A stretch of DNA of 64,000 bases from Nymphaea colorata (lineage: Eukaryota), in NCBI RefSeq assembly GCF_008831285.2, contig NC_045138.2, positions 33,914,001 through 33,978,000 of the forward strand, in the 5' to 3' direction. Below are positions 50,777-62,774 of the stretch, in pieces. Below the pieces are notes generated by a model. It was given only the letters and a program-made list of their open reading frames with translations, was not told the DNA's origin and did not search any database. The number at the start of each line of letters is the position of its first letter. The first letter of the stretch is position 1. A program made the position numbers and the translations under genes.

Positions 50777-53700
50777 TCAAATAGGAATGGGGTGCACCAA
50801 GAGAGAGGCGATGTGCTCCTTGGTCTTCCCATCCGAAACCCCGAATCCATCTCCATCCTTGTAGAAGAAGTGGGTGGCTCGTGCAAGGTTTACAGAGGCA
50901 TCTATCAGGGCTCTGGGCACGTCGGTTGCCACAGCACATTCCTTGTTTAGCTTCTTCCACGCCTGGTTCAGCAAGCTGTTGATGTGCTCACGGGCCGCCT
51001 CCTCCTCCACGCCCTTCTCGTTCATGTGGCAGTGCAGCGCCGGTTGAACGTCCCCGCGTTCTAGCTCCGACTTCATATGTAAAGCGGCCACCAATAGATA
51101 ACATTCATTTAATTAGTTGGGCTTCCATAAAATGAGTACTAATGCATTTGACATATACGTACATATCCAACTTCAACGACGACGTTGGTAAAAACCCACC
51201 TTCAATAACATACTACCGGCATTCAAGAAATCTTCACCAACATGTACCCTTAACAACTACATCCGTTTCCCCATGCATCGGTGAATCTATTTTTTTTTGT
51301 AGTGCGGTGTGCATGTGTATGCTTCAATACGTGTATGTGTTGTGGGTGTAAGTGCGCGCATGCTTTTGCATAGATGAACCGGATTAGAGAAAGAAGGGCG
51401 CATACTGGTCCGGTTCCCACATCATTAGTCAGCCTGTGAATGACTGATGCCCAATAGATAATCCTACTCTTCTGCCTCATCATGTTGATTATTTCCTTCG
51501 TCAGTTGTATGTCCAACGCCAAATATGTCATCAGCAAGGCGGGGACTAACCCAAGCGATGCCCATGCGTTGTTCATGTGCTCTTCAAGCGTTGGCTTGTG
51601 TCCCTCGTGATACCACTTTGCTTCCACCAATTTTGATTTGCACATCACTATCCACTATAGAACAAAGATCACGATCCAACCATGTAAGTTAATTGATCGA
51701 TCTGGATGAACCAACATATTATAATCCTATATATATAAGATCAGAAGAAGATTAAAAAAATTGCTTCAAATTTTGATGCTGGGTTAGTTTACTGCTGCTC
51801 TGCAAAGGTTTCGAGTACTTGAAATCTCATTTCGAAAAGAAGGCCAAGCTAGGTTGTTGAAACAAATTACGGAGCTAGCAAATGATCAGTTGTAAACATC
51901 AGAAAGTATATAATCAATTACCTCATCTTTCAGAATTTCTGTGGCATCCAACCCATGCTTCTTCAAGGCCAAGTAGGCAATTTCATTGATGAAATTGAAG
52001 ACAGCTAAGTAGCATAGTTTCATGAAATGTGGGAGTTCCCCCAATACCTTTAAGTCCCACCTGAAATGGTGTACCAAAATTTTAGTAGCTTTTCCATAGT
52101 GAAGATCAGAATAGTCAAGAACCATACCCAGAGAAAACAGAGCAATTCCAAAGTGCTATGTTTTCCATTCCACGGGTTATCACGGATTAGATAAGCACTC
52201 TTAACTCCTGTAAATGGATCCGGATTTTAGATCCTAAAATAGTGACAGTATTAGGTCATGACCAGATTTGGGGTCCATGTGATTAGGGCCCATTTGATAA
52301 CAATAGCTAGTTGTTATTGTAAAAATTGAGACAAATTCATTAAACATTGCATATTCTGTTTATCTATTTTAATTTTGGAGGCAAGTTCATGGAAAAATAG
52401 CAACTTGTTACAATTGCTAAACATGCCCTTAGAAGTTGTTTGGAACCAGTAACAATTTTTTATTGTCTAGTGAGATTGCTTGAAAAATTTGAGTAGGTTC
52501 ATGAAACCATGTAACATAACTTGCTAGTGCTTTATGAAACCATGTAACATAACTTGCTAGTGCTTTATGAAACCATGTAACATAACTTGCTAGTGCTTTA
52601 TGAATTTATTCTAAATTTTAGGTCAAAATCACTGGATAGAAATAATCTGTTATTAGTACCAAATAACTCCTTAAGGATACATCCAAATACATCTCCGAAA
52701 AAAATATATATATGTATTAGGCCTGCAACATTACCAACAAAAGCAAAATATTTTTTTTCATTGAAAAAATTCAGATCTTTAGGAGATTTTTGGTCAATTT
52801 TCTCATCCACCAATTGTTAGAATCCGAGTGTCAATTGGATCTCCTTTGTCATTAATATTGTGAACATGGAAATATTGGTGGTACCAAAAAAAGTATAACT
52901 AAGGGATACTAATGCATACTCATAAAAAAAAAATTACAAGTAAACAAACACAGTAAACATAAAATCGCAACAGAACTGAAGTATGACACGTTGCGCCTCT
53001 CCAATTATGTCGGCATGATGATTTCTCCCCAGCGATGCTACCAACCCGGAAAATATGTGTCTACGTGAGGATCAGAATTCAGAAACGAGAGAAATTAGGC
53101 TCAGATTGCGCCCTTCTTTCTTTTTTCTCTATTTTTTTTTTTATTTTTTATTTATATGCTGGGAAGGAAGGAAGATGATTCTTAATGCTTAACCATGTCA
53201 ACGGATTGGTTTCATATATATTTTATTATATTTTATTTTTAAAATATTTATATATTCAAATTAAAAAAAGATTCTAAATTTTATAAAGTAAAATTCATAC
53301 CATATCTGAATTCAAAATCCAAATTCATAATTTAAATTCAATCTGAGTCTGAATCTTAACTTAACTGAACCTAACCCGTATCGTAGACATTGATTATAGG
53401 ATTTTTTTGTGTTAGATCTTAATTAAATGTAAATATGAATCCTAATCCAATAAAATGTCATTTCTTATTTAAATGTTAAAATTTTGTCCATGTCTTAATT
53501 TTTTTTTTTTTCTGATGGTTGGGTCACATCAGTCATCCCCAATCTCGTGAATATTTGCGGATGTTGGGGACACATATAACGACGTTGGCTTCCCCCCGCC
53601 CCCCAACTGTCGATCTCCTTAGATTGGTACTCATGCTGATCACATTGCAACTAATATCCAAACCCTACAATTTCGAATGTGTACAATAATATCAGTTTGT

Positions 53701-55657
53701 GTTGGTAAAATACAACCATTTAAAAGCTTTGCATCATATCTAATTATCTCAATGTCCATTAAGTGTTAAAATTCCCTCATAACCATGCTCAATCATGTGT
53801 GCAATGACGTTTGCACTCTCATGAAAACTAAGTAGAAAGCTGCATATAATATAACAACATTGACAGCACAGGGCTGCTGCAATAGTTGTGCCTGTTGTTG
53901 TTTTTCAATGGTTCGAGAGACCTCCCTCCCAGCAGGCGTAAGAACATTGGCTGACACATTCCCCGAGGTAAAAAGGTCGTAGCCTACCTACCAACAAGGC
54001 GAACAATCGTGTTCCATGCATTTTTACATATGACAAAAAAAATTTGGAGAAGGGAACAAAAACGAAAAGCAGGTACCTTTCAGATGCCTTTGTGAGGAGC
54101 TCGACTTCATCAATGGATGCATATAGATCATAGACGTCATCAAGAACAGAGAGCAGAGCGACAAGCTTGCCCAGTACTTTGCGGGAGTCTGAGTGCTGCG
54201 GCTCGGGGCAGGTCGTCACTCCCCACAGGTAGCTCTCCGCTAACCTGTCCCTTGCAAAGCTCAGCTTCTCATCAAGCTCCAGTTCTCTCCACCACCTGAA
54301 ACAGAAATTTAACAACTCGCCGTCGATCACTTGCAAAAAGAACTTGAAACGAATTGCTATATGATCCGTCTCATAATGAATAAAAAATCTGACAACCGAG
54401 CAGGAAATCATAGCTAGAAGGAGGAAAAAAGAGAAGAAAACAGAGTACCTTGCTAGCTCTTTGAGCTCTTTGTGGTAGATTGTCTGCAGAATGTTGAAAT
54501 CCAGTTTTGCAAGCTCAAGCAGAGCAAGGTTCTTCTCTTCCTCCTCCTCGTATGCGTCTATGCTGGACCTGACCTCGAGTCTTTCTGCTCTCCAGTGCAG
54601 AGGAAGATCCAGGGCACGCTCTACTTCCCTTTTCAGCCCCTCGTCAATACTGATGTCCTTCCCGCCAACAGCTGCCTTGAGATGCAGAGCTGAGAAGGAC
54701 TTCGCCTCATCCAAGTTATCCTCCCCATCAAAACCCAGGTATGAAGCTTCATACAGACTGAGCAACCCTTTTACATCCGCCGCTAAGCTCAACTTAAAAT
54801 TGCCTTCCTTGTCTTTGAAGCTGTTAAATATATCTTTTTCCCAACAACCCGAAAAGGAAAAAAATTGAACATTAAGCAAACTTTTTACCCTGTCTTTTGC
54901 GTATTCAGAAAAAACAAGTTTCACTTTTTTCTTGTTAAGCACAGTCCAAAACCTATCAAATAAAGATCTTATTAATGCCCTCATTTGACGGTTTTCCTTC
55001 TTTTTTAGAATTATAAACAAATCAAAACAAACATATAACAACCGCCAACCTGAGGAAACATTGAAGCCATACTGCCTCAGCAGTCGAAATCTCAGAGCAG
55101 TTTCGTGCAGATCTTTCTGCGTCTGATTGCCATGAACATCACACAGATGCTGCAGCGCTGCTTTGATTTCCTTCTCAAAGTGGTATCCAACACCAAGGCG
55201 TCGTATCGAGTCAATGTTCTTCAATAGTCCTGAGGGATCTTGGGTTTCCGTTGGTTCAAGCAACGACTTGACCTCACTCTTCAGTTGCTCTCTTCTATCT
55301 CCATGTTGCTCCTCCTGCATGCACAAAACAAACATCAGCTCTATTTATATTTCGTAAAATCGATCCTTTGATCTTGAACATTGAAAAGAACGCTGGAGAA
55401 ATCGTCGGCTCAAGTAGGCAGACGTGAATTCAATATCATATCGTGTTGCAAAGTATGCTGACATCATGTTCATATGGCATCGATTGATCTCATCTGATCG
55501 CGTTTTATGGATCATGTATGCACATATAATCAAGCTTAAGAAACAGAACAGAACAGAAGCTCACTGAGAAGGCACTGGAGATCGATTGGATGGAGGTGTG
55601 ATCCCAAACGGTGGGGTGGTAGTTCGCGCTACGACGGGTCACCGCCTCAGAAGCCAT
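50777..55657 (-). CDS. TPS: Terpene synthase (TPS-b type, class III 7-exon structure, no transit peptide) copy 2, intact
   Basis: Exons 55657-55565, 55314-55050, 54833-54449, 54295-54077, 52060-51922, 51654-51406 and 51070-50777 total 1644 nt (547 aa), all GT-AG. Motifs: RRSANYHPTVW (RRX8W), LSLYEASYL, RDR, DDVYD (DDxxD), RLTNDVGTGPSE (NSE/DTE). An in-frame TAG lies 4 codons upstream of the ATG. Confidence 0.93.
52501..52604. repeat. Perfect 33-bp tandem repeat x3 in TPS copy 2 intron 4
   Basis: Unit atgaaaccatgtaacataacttgctagtgcttt at 52501, 52534 and 52567, with no spacers. Confidence 0.95.
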
Positions 55658-55747
55658 TGATGAGTACTATCGAAGCAACCACAATGGGACGGCCAGATGT
55701 CGTCTAGTGTTTGCAGTGGGTGATGATGGCGTTAAGACTTAGGCGCC

Positions 55748-55755
55748 TATATATA
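55748..55755 (-). promoter_or_regulatory. Putative TATA box of TPS copy 2
   Basis: TATATATA about 90 nt upstream of the ATG. The homologous site in copy 1 (33359-33366) reads TACATATA. Confidence 0.45.
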
Positions 55756-57454
55756 GCCATCTTCGCAATAACCGCAAACACCACCACCGACGACAAACAC
55801 AAAGCCACTGCTTCCGAGTTGCGATCTAACATTCAGCACCAGTATGTCAAAATGGGGTCAATAATGGAAGCCGTTGTTGCTAAAAAGCACCATGTCCGTA
55901 CGTGTTTCGCGTGGGATCTCGGAAAAAATGTCAAATCGAACCACATTATATGGGTCAGATATATATAATGAGAAAAATCAAATTATAATTGAAGAACAGA
56001 TTGGATTCCGATTTGGTTTTAGATATGTATGTGATTCGATAATGGTAGCACATTTAGTGGATTCTGATTTGCTTCCCAAGCTCGATCAGTCCGCGTCCAC
56101 ACAAGAGCGAGAGTTGTAGACTGAGCTTAGTACAGAAAAAATTTGATCCCATCACTTGTTTCAATATATACTGAAAACCAGTCCAACAGTGTGTATTAAC
56201 AATTGACTGCCTGGTGCATTATAAATGTTCTTAAATCACCCCATATGTTGTTCAGCAATTAGTTGGAAGTTCACTGAAATGATCTCAGGCGTCCGCAGCA
56301 TGCACATTATATATATAGACCAGATAAAGTCGTTGGCTTGAGCACCGTTTCTTAAAAATCCAAATGTCTAGTATTATTTCAAAAGTTAAAGTATGTGTTT
56401 TCATACTTTTAAGAGTCAAATGGACGTGATCCATGCACGAATTGCAAGTGGGCCGTCTAAATGCTGTAGATAAATGAAGTGAGTGGATTAACAAGTTTGT
56501 TTTGTTTAACAGACTACATGTGTCACCTTCTTGCCTCAGCTTTTGTACTTCATTTACATGTTGAGAGGTGATTAGAAGGGGTACTTGAGTTATTTACATG
56601 CATATATTATGATTCATCCATATCGAAACCAAATCATGTCCACTTAACGTTTATATTAATCAATAACTGTATTATTATGATTATTTCGCATGTTCGATTG
56701 TCACTCCATGCCAATATCTACTCCTCCTCATGAACAAAAAGACTTTGTGAACCGACATCACTCATAAATTCAGTCCTTGTGGTGGGGTTGAGTAGTTGCC
56801 CCCCAGTCATCTGACGTAGTTGGTTGAACCACTTGTCGAACGTTAGTTCAATTGTGTAGAAGCCTTGGAGCAAGGGTATTAAGCAACAATGTATGTTTTT
56901 TTGACGAAGGTGCAAAATCATCGCATAGCAAGTGAGGATATTAATTACAAATTCTAGTATTGCTTATCCTAGGTCATTATCAAGTGGGTGAATATAAAAC
57001 GAATGATAGAATTAGTTGCAATTTATAAACGACATATGCTGATCTCAATTCCATCCAAGACTAGATCTTCGTTGCTCGAAAGCTAGCGAGGTTCGTTTCC
57101 AAACCAGAGCTGCCCTAGACTGAGCTGAGTAAAGAAAACAAAATTCAGACACTAATCCAAGAGTGTCTGCTAGCTAAATGAGCAAGCAATCACTTGTCTT
57201 GTCTTGAGAAATGATAAGAGATGTATTGTCTGTTAAATTTTTATTGAGCGTGTGTTCCCTTGCCCCCAATCTGAGATGATTAAATGCAGAAAGACTTTTG
57301 TTTGGGAAAGTCGCTCCTTCACTGCAAGCAGGACTTGTCCGATCATGTCCTCAGATGATAATTCCGTAAAATTATTGAGGACCACTTTCGCAATTTCTTA
57401 TAAGGACAAATCGAGACCGTCGAGAGGGGGATTCAAATGGACGGCTGCGATGAC

Positions 57455-57462
57455 GATCCGCA
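57455..57462 (+). promoter_or_regulatory. Plant histone octamer-like element
   Basis: GATCCGCA, a 7/8 match to the plant histone Oct motif GATCCGCG, about 115 nt upstream of the H2A ATG. Confidence 0.35.
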
Positions 57463-57574
57463 CCTGAGCGGTTAGTCACTTCCCCAGAGACTTCCGAGCA
57501 TAAAATACGAAAAGCAGAGCATGAATCCAACAGTCTCGTGACTCCTCCTCTCTCTTGCCGTGGAGAAGGAAGCA

Positions 57575-58364
57575 ATGGCGGGAAGAGGGAAGTCTCTGGG
57601 TGCGGGCGGATCGAAGAAGACGGTGTCCCGGAGCAGTAAGGCCGGCTTGCAATTTCCGGTCGGCAGGATCGCCCGGTTTCTCAAGGCCGGCAAGTACGCC
57701 GAGCGGGTTGGTGCTGGTGCCCCAGTATACCTTGCCGCGGTGCTCGAGTATCTGGCAGCTGAGGTGAGAAATATTGAACGTGGAATCTTCTCTTTGTCTA
57801 AAGGCTCCTTCGGTACTCTGTTTCCGTTTCTCGTTCCTTGAAGAGAAGAGATAGCGCTGGGGTTTCTCATTTAGGTTTTTTAATACTGCGTTTTCTTCGA
57901 CCATTCTCTCTTTCAGCAAAAAATTTTTCAATGTTTTTCCTGTTAATTTGGTCGTACTGGAATTTCAAGAGTCAGCTTGTTCTCTGATTTTCGACAATCT
58001 TTAAGTTTAGTAGTTACGGCATTCGGTTTTTAGCGGGTTTTTTCGTTTCCGATGTGACAAAATTTAGAGCTGTACGAAAAATGGGCCCGTATGTTGCCCT
58101 GTTGGTGTTAGTTTTTACTCAGATTTTTGAAACTTTTTGAAGGTTTTGGAGCTTGCTGGGAACGCTGCCCGTGACAACAAGAAGACAAGAATTGTGCCTC
58201 GCCACATTCAACTGGCCGTAAGGAACGACGAGGAGTTAAGCAAATTGCTCGGCGCTGTGACGATTGCGAACGGCGGTGTGATGCCCAACATTCACAATGT
58301 TTTGCTTCCTAAGAAAATCGGTACCTCTGCTTCCGACAAGATTTCGAGAGGTGACGACAATTGA
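57575..58364 (+). CDS. H2A: Histone H2A (canonical type)
   Basis: Exons 57575-57763 and 58143-58364 give 136 aa: MAGRGK...[82 protein letters not shown]...GDDN. There is no SQEF (H2A.X) or KSPKK (H2A.W) tail. Confidence 0.97.
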
Positions 58365-59426
58365 GTAAAAGGATAAGTGTCCTTTTTAATCTGCATCCAC
58401 GACTTATCTCTTATCCGATCCCCTTTGATTTTATTCCCCAACTTGGCTTACTTGTAATTGCCACCTTCGGTAAATCAATATGTAGAGGTTCTCAAATTGG
58501 TAAGGAATCTTAAGTCACTATGCATTTACCTGAATTTCGTTTTCTCATTTATGTCATGGTACTTTGTGAATTGAAGTCGATTGAACATGAAATTATAGAG
58601 AGTGGGGAATTTTTTCGGAAAATCTTCTATTAGAGTTGCTTTCAGTTCCACTCCCTTCTTCGTATTTAATCTACTGGTGTTTTATTGACACGATATCCCT
58701 TTGTTTGTAGAGAAATGTGTTTAAGCGTGTCAATTCAAAAGAAAAAAAAAAAGGGCGTTGAATAACGGTAATTCAAGAGATCTGGCATAAGGTCAGTGCC
58801 AATGGCCCAATTCCCTTATTCTGTTAAATAAACATTTAGAAGCGTTTCAAAAGATGGTATACAAAATCCTGTAAGTGTCCCGTATGCCTCGATCATTGAC
58901 AAGTGCGCAGTTACAAAGCACATTATCGTTGAGTGGCTGGGAATCTAACTAGTATGAAGGTTATAGACGGTGCGCACTAATGTTGGCAACTGGGAAACAG
59001 AAACTGTGTAGAAATCTTGCAATAAAGGTATTAAATAAAATCTGTTCTTCGTTTCAGAAGAAGGAAAACTCTTCCTCCCTCCAGGTCTGGAAGCCTTAAG
59101 AAAGGCTTAGCGATAGAAGTACAAGAAGAAAAAAACTGAGGGCTTTGAAATAGAATCCAATTCGATTATTCAAATAAAGATAAAAATAAATAAAAGCCAC
59201 TGTACGACAGCCTACAAAAGTAAATTGATGGCCGGCCAAGAGTGGCATAAGTATATTAACCAGATCATTCGTAAAGCAAATGAAAAGCTCAATTTTCAGA
59301 ACCAGAAAGCAACATAAAGAAAAGGCAGGCAGAAGAAGAAGAAAGCCCTCCAACTCAAGAATTTAAACCTGCCATCCCAACCAATTTACCTAGACTAAGA
59401 TCAAAATTTTGCTCCTTTTGAGGTCC

Positions 59427-59669
59427 TCAGTGCCTCCAAAGCCAGCTTCGTCGATTCACATGGTAGTCCAGCCAGTTTATGTAAGCCTCCAGGGCCTTGC
59501 CACATACTTCCTCTTCAATCTCCGCCGAGTTCTTTCCCTTTGGCGGCTCAATCGAAAGAAGCAACTTGTCAATGACAGATCTCGAATTGAAGGTCCTATG
59601 GTTCTTGATCATTCCTCTCAACAATGCCCCTGAATCGTTTTTCCTTTCCAAACTAAATGCTCTCGGCAT
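59427..59669 (-). CDS. Candidate small protein (80 aa), unknown function
   Basis: ATG in AAAATG context gives MPRAFSLERKNDSGALLRGMIKNHRTFNSRSVIDKLLLSIEPPKGKNSAEIEEEVCGKALEAYINWLDYHVNRRSWLWRH. The composition is protein-like, with a pyrimidine-rich leader. No homolog was recognised. Confidence 0.3.
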   Translation of the reverse strand: MPRAFSLERKNDSGALLRGMIKNHRTFNSRSVIDKLLLSIEPPKGKNSAEIEEEVCGKALEAYINWLDYHVNRRSWLWRH

Positions 59670-60614
59670 TTTCTTCAAAACCACTTCTTCCGCACCACCA
59701 AAATAAAAGCGGGAAGGGCCCTTTAGAAAATGGAAAAGAAGGGTTTTAGGGCGAGTGGGGTTTAAAGAAGAACGTGATTTGTGCACTTGGATTATTCGGA
59801 CCCGTTATTTTACCGTAATCGGTTTGCTAGTAGAGTACCAATCTTGTTTCAAAAGGTGGCTCTTGTTTTAAATGACAACAGTCAAATTAGTAAAGGTTTA
59901 ATATCTGCAAGACCGGTAGCACTTGGAATCATTAAGAATTCAATAGCTGGACCACTATGTATTTCTGACAAATGAAAGTTTATTTAGGTCTTCAAGAACC
60001 ATTCAGAAAACATGGGACCCTTGAATGTGACACATTGTCCCATCAAGACCAGGCTTCAACCCCATGGCCCAAAGACTGTTGGTAAGAAAACATAGTCACT
60101 CCATGGCACCACGCTGCGTACCACCAAGAAACAGTAAGTCGCTAAGATGCATAAACGAACTTCAGCAGCCAACAACTATAATAGAATCAGGAGATGCTCA
60201 AGCAATCAAGAACAAGAAAAAGGTGTCACTTCTACTTTACAGAAGCCTCTTTCGACAATACAACCAATCCCCAAACCTACTTCAAAAGAACGATAACAAA
60301 TCAAAAGCATGAAACTAACAGATTTCATGAACTACTGAACAATCTCGCCCATGGATCCTGCAAGCACTGCACCCTTGCCCATATAGCAGCCTTCATTCAT
60401 CTCCTGCAGCAGTATATGCAGCTGTCGCAAGAATGATGGCGCACTCCCTTTTAAATGGCAAGTTTCTTGGTCCTATATCAGAGAGAGACTCCAGTTCCTC
60501 TGGTGCCCCTTATATGCATACTAACCTTGGATGAAAATAATGAAAGAATGGCAGGTGTCCTGTCCCTTCCACTGTCTTTCCATGACAGCCTTGGAACACG
60601 TCATTCAGTATTTT

Positions 60615-60760
60615 GCACTTGCATGACAGCTAGGTGGTATTTACAGGGCGTCACTCAACAGGCGAGGACATCTTCTCCACAAATTATGGCACTTGCATGA
60701 CAGCTAGGTGATATTTACAGAATGTCACTCCTACAGGTGAGGACATCTCCACAAATTACG
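60615..60760. repeat. ~74-bp imperfect tandem duplication
   Basis: gcacttgcatgacagctaggtg(g/a)tatttacag...gaggacatct...ccacaaatta occurs twice in tandem. Confidence 0.85.
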
Positions 60761-61004
60761 TACTCTGATACAACAGAATCCAATTCCCACTTGAGAGTTG
60801 TCCAACTGACGGAACTTCTATCTAGGAAATGCATCTACAGTTTCAGGCAGTATATCCACTTTCAAGCTATACACTAGCAACAAACTCCTCGAAAATCGCC
60901 TGCCAAAGCATCAGGTGAGAACAAACAAATGAGTGGTACTGTCGATATTGCCATGAAGAGAAGATAACTGGACGACTAAAAGGTGGGGGTTATGTATGTG
61001 TGTA

Positions 61005-61065
61005 CTCTCTCTCTCTCTCTCTCTCTCTGTATATATATATATATATATATATACGTATATATATA
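61005..61065. repeat. Compound (CT)n(TA)n microsatellite
   Basis: Direct reading of the sequence. Confidence 0.95.
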
Positions 61066-61937
61066 ACACAAAAACACACAAAATGTCCACAGAAAACAAA
61101 ATTAACACTTCATAACTAACAAACTATCATTCTATCAATGATTCAATGAAAAAGAAAGCAAATTGTTGGTTGCCACACCTGCACCCAAGTCAGGTGCAGG
61201 AACCATTTCAGCAAGTCCATGTGATTTATATCTTAAGCATGTTAAAAATATCTTTACGAAAGGAAAGGCAAGAAGTGGTAATTCCAAAAAGCTGCCGCAA
61301 TTTTCAGCTATCTAGAAAAGCAAAAATACTCAGTTTTTTAAATAGCATGTTTGCTTTTTATTTATATTTCAAAGAGGCAGAAGACCTAGAATCATCAAGT
61401 TAAAGCTACAAGTGAAGGGTGCATTCATTTGTTAGTTTATTTAGTAAAACAGCTCAGTTTAAGGGGAGAAGGGATAAAGACAACATTTTAAGCCTCCAAC
61501 GAACCAACATGCAATCAAATATTCAAAATTAGTTGGCATTCTTTAAATAGCTGAACTTGTGGTTTTTGCTTAATATACCCAACTTTTTCACATATAAAAT
61601 GATGTCATTTGACTCAGTTCTTAGCTATTATATCTCATGCATGCTAAAAAAATAAACTATAGTCATTTATTCGTTTAACAAAATGGAGAAAGCATCATCC
61701 ATATTCCCATTACAACACCAAAAACCTTCAAAGTCCAATTTTCCAGCAGTTCAAGATCATCTAAGTAAAACTTAACCTGCTGCTGCACTTGTCAACGACA
61801 CAGGGCAACTACATAGGTCACCTTTGTTTAAGCATTGTAGTACATAAGAAACAGGCTATTTAAATAATTTCCCAAAATTACAAAAAGAAGATATGATTGT
61901 AAGGGAGACAAGCATACCTTAAGGTAACAAAACTGTC

Positions 61938-62774
61938 CTAAGGCGATGGGCTTTCATCATCGTCTGAGCTATCTACCCGCCTATCCAATATGGCAGGGAA
62001 AAGCAAACGCTTTGGGCTTGGAGCTGTCACACCTTGTACTTCTTTAGTTCGTGGTCCCTGTGGAACCCGCCTTGGAGTCTCACGGACCTCTTTACATGCT
62101 TTATCCAACATATACAAAAAGTCCCGGACTATGATGAACAGCCTTAAACCTTCATCTTTTCCAGCATTACCATGAAAATAATCTGTTGTTCCCTTCACCA
62201 CTGACAATATCCTTTTTTCCTCAGAATGCAACCATGTAATTTCATTTTCTGCATGCTCTACAAAATGTGTAAGAGTCTGTACAAAGTGCCCATTTTCTTC
62301 TATGCGTTGCATCTCTGAGTCCAAAAATTTCTTTGTTTTTAGCAGCATACCACCAAGTTTTGACACTGTACTTGTTAACATGTCAGCATCAATTGCAGCT
62401 GCTTTTTTCACATCTTCAAGCTCATTCCCAAGCCCAGATACTACTTGTAAGCCCAAGCTTCGGAAATGATCTTCCGTCTCTAAGGGTGCATTTTCTAAAT
62501 TTTCCTCAGAATTCAGGCTAGACATATTCTCACTTCCTCTAGTTGCCCTTGCTGCACGGACACCTTCAGATCGTATAATCTCTTGAACAACAAAGTGCAA
62601 CAGAGTTGTTTTCCCATCTGTTCCTTTTACATCAGCCAATTTTAATAATGTGTCAAGTTTGAATGCTTGAGCACCGCCACGGAAGGTCCCATCATTCATG
62701 CGGTTTCCAGTTTTTAGAACAGCTTCCAGGAGTTTCCTAAAAAGACGATTGCCTTTGAGTTCTTCACAAGCTGC
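61938..62774 (-). CDS. Class I formin (FH2 domain), last coding exon; upstream exons lie beyond the window
   Basis: Acceptor ttgcag| is followed by AACEELKGNRLFRKLLEAVLKTGNRMNDGTFRGGAQAFKLDTLLKLADVKGTDGKTTLLHFVVQEIIRSEG...YFHGNAGKDEGLRLFIIVRDFL...SSDDDESPSP*. FH5-like from recall. Confidence 0.93.
   Translation of the reverse strand, partial: AACEELKGNRLFRKLLEAVLKTGNRMNDGTFRGGAQAFKLDTLLKLADVKGTDGKTTLLHFVVQEIIRSEGVRAARATRGSENMSSLNSEENLENAPLETEDHFRSLGLQVVSGLGNELEDVKKAAAIDADMLTSTVSKLGGMLLKTKKFLDSEMQRIEENGHFVQTLTHFVEHAENEITWLHSEEKRILSVVKGTTDYFHGNAGKDEGLRLFIIVRDFLYMLDKACKEVRETPRRVPQGPRTKEVQGVTAPSPKRLLFPAILDRRVDSSDDDESPSP

Larger units (their letters stand above)
27487..58631. repeat. Tandem segmental duplication of a TPS + H2A unit (copy 1 ~27487-49700, copy 2 ~49693-58631)
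   Basis: Collinear homology covers the TPS downstream flank (27487 vs 49693), the whole TPS gene, the upstream flank (to ~45830 vs ~57290) and the H2A 3' end (49468-49700 vs 58330-58631). The junction is at CTTCTATT. Confidence 0.85.

Noticed and set aside
52501..52604. 33-bp repeats as a CRISPR-like array
   Set aside because: The units are head-to-tail with no spacers, sit inside a plant intron, and have no cas genes nearby.
53905..55335. 476-aa ORF as a single-exon gene
   Set aside because: It is TPS exons 2-4 plus read-through introns. Exon sizes and GT-AG sites match the standard 7-exon TPS structure.
57372..57931. Minus-strand ORFs of 67-151 aa over H2A
   Set aside because: They are antisense shadows of the GC-rich H2A exon 1 with no independent support.
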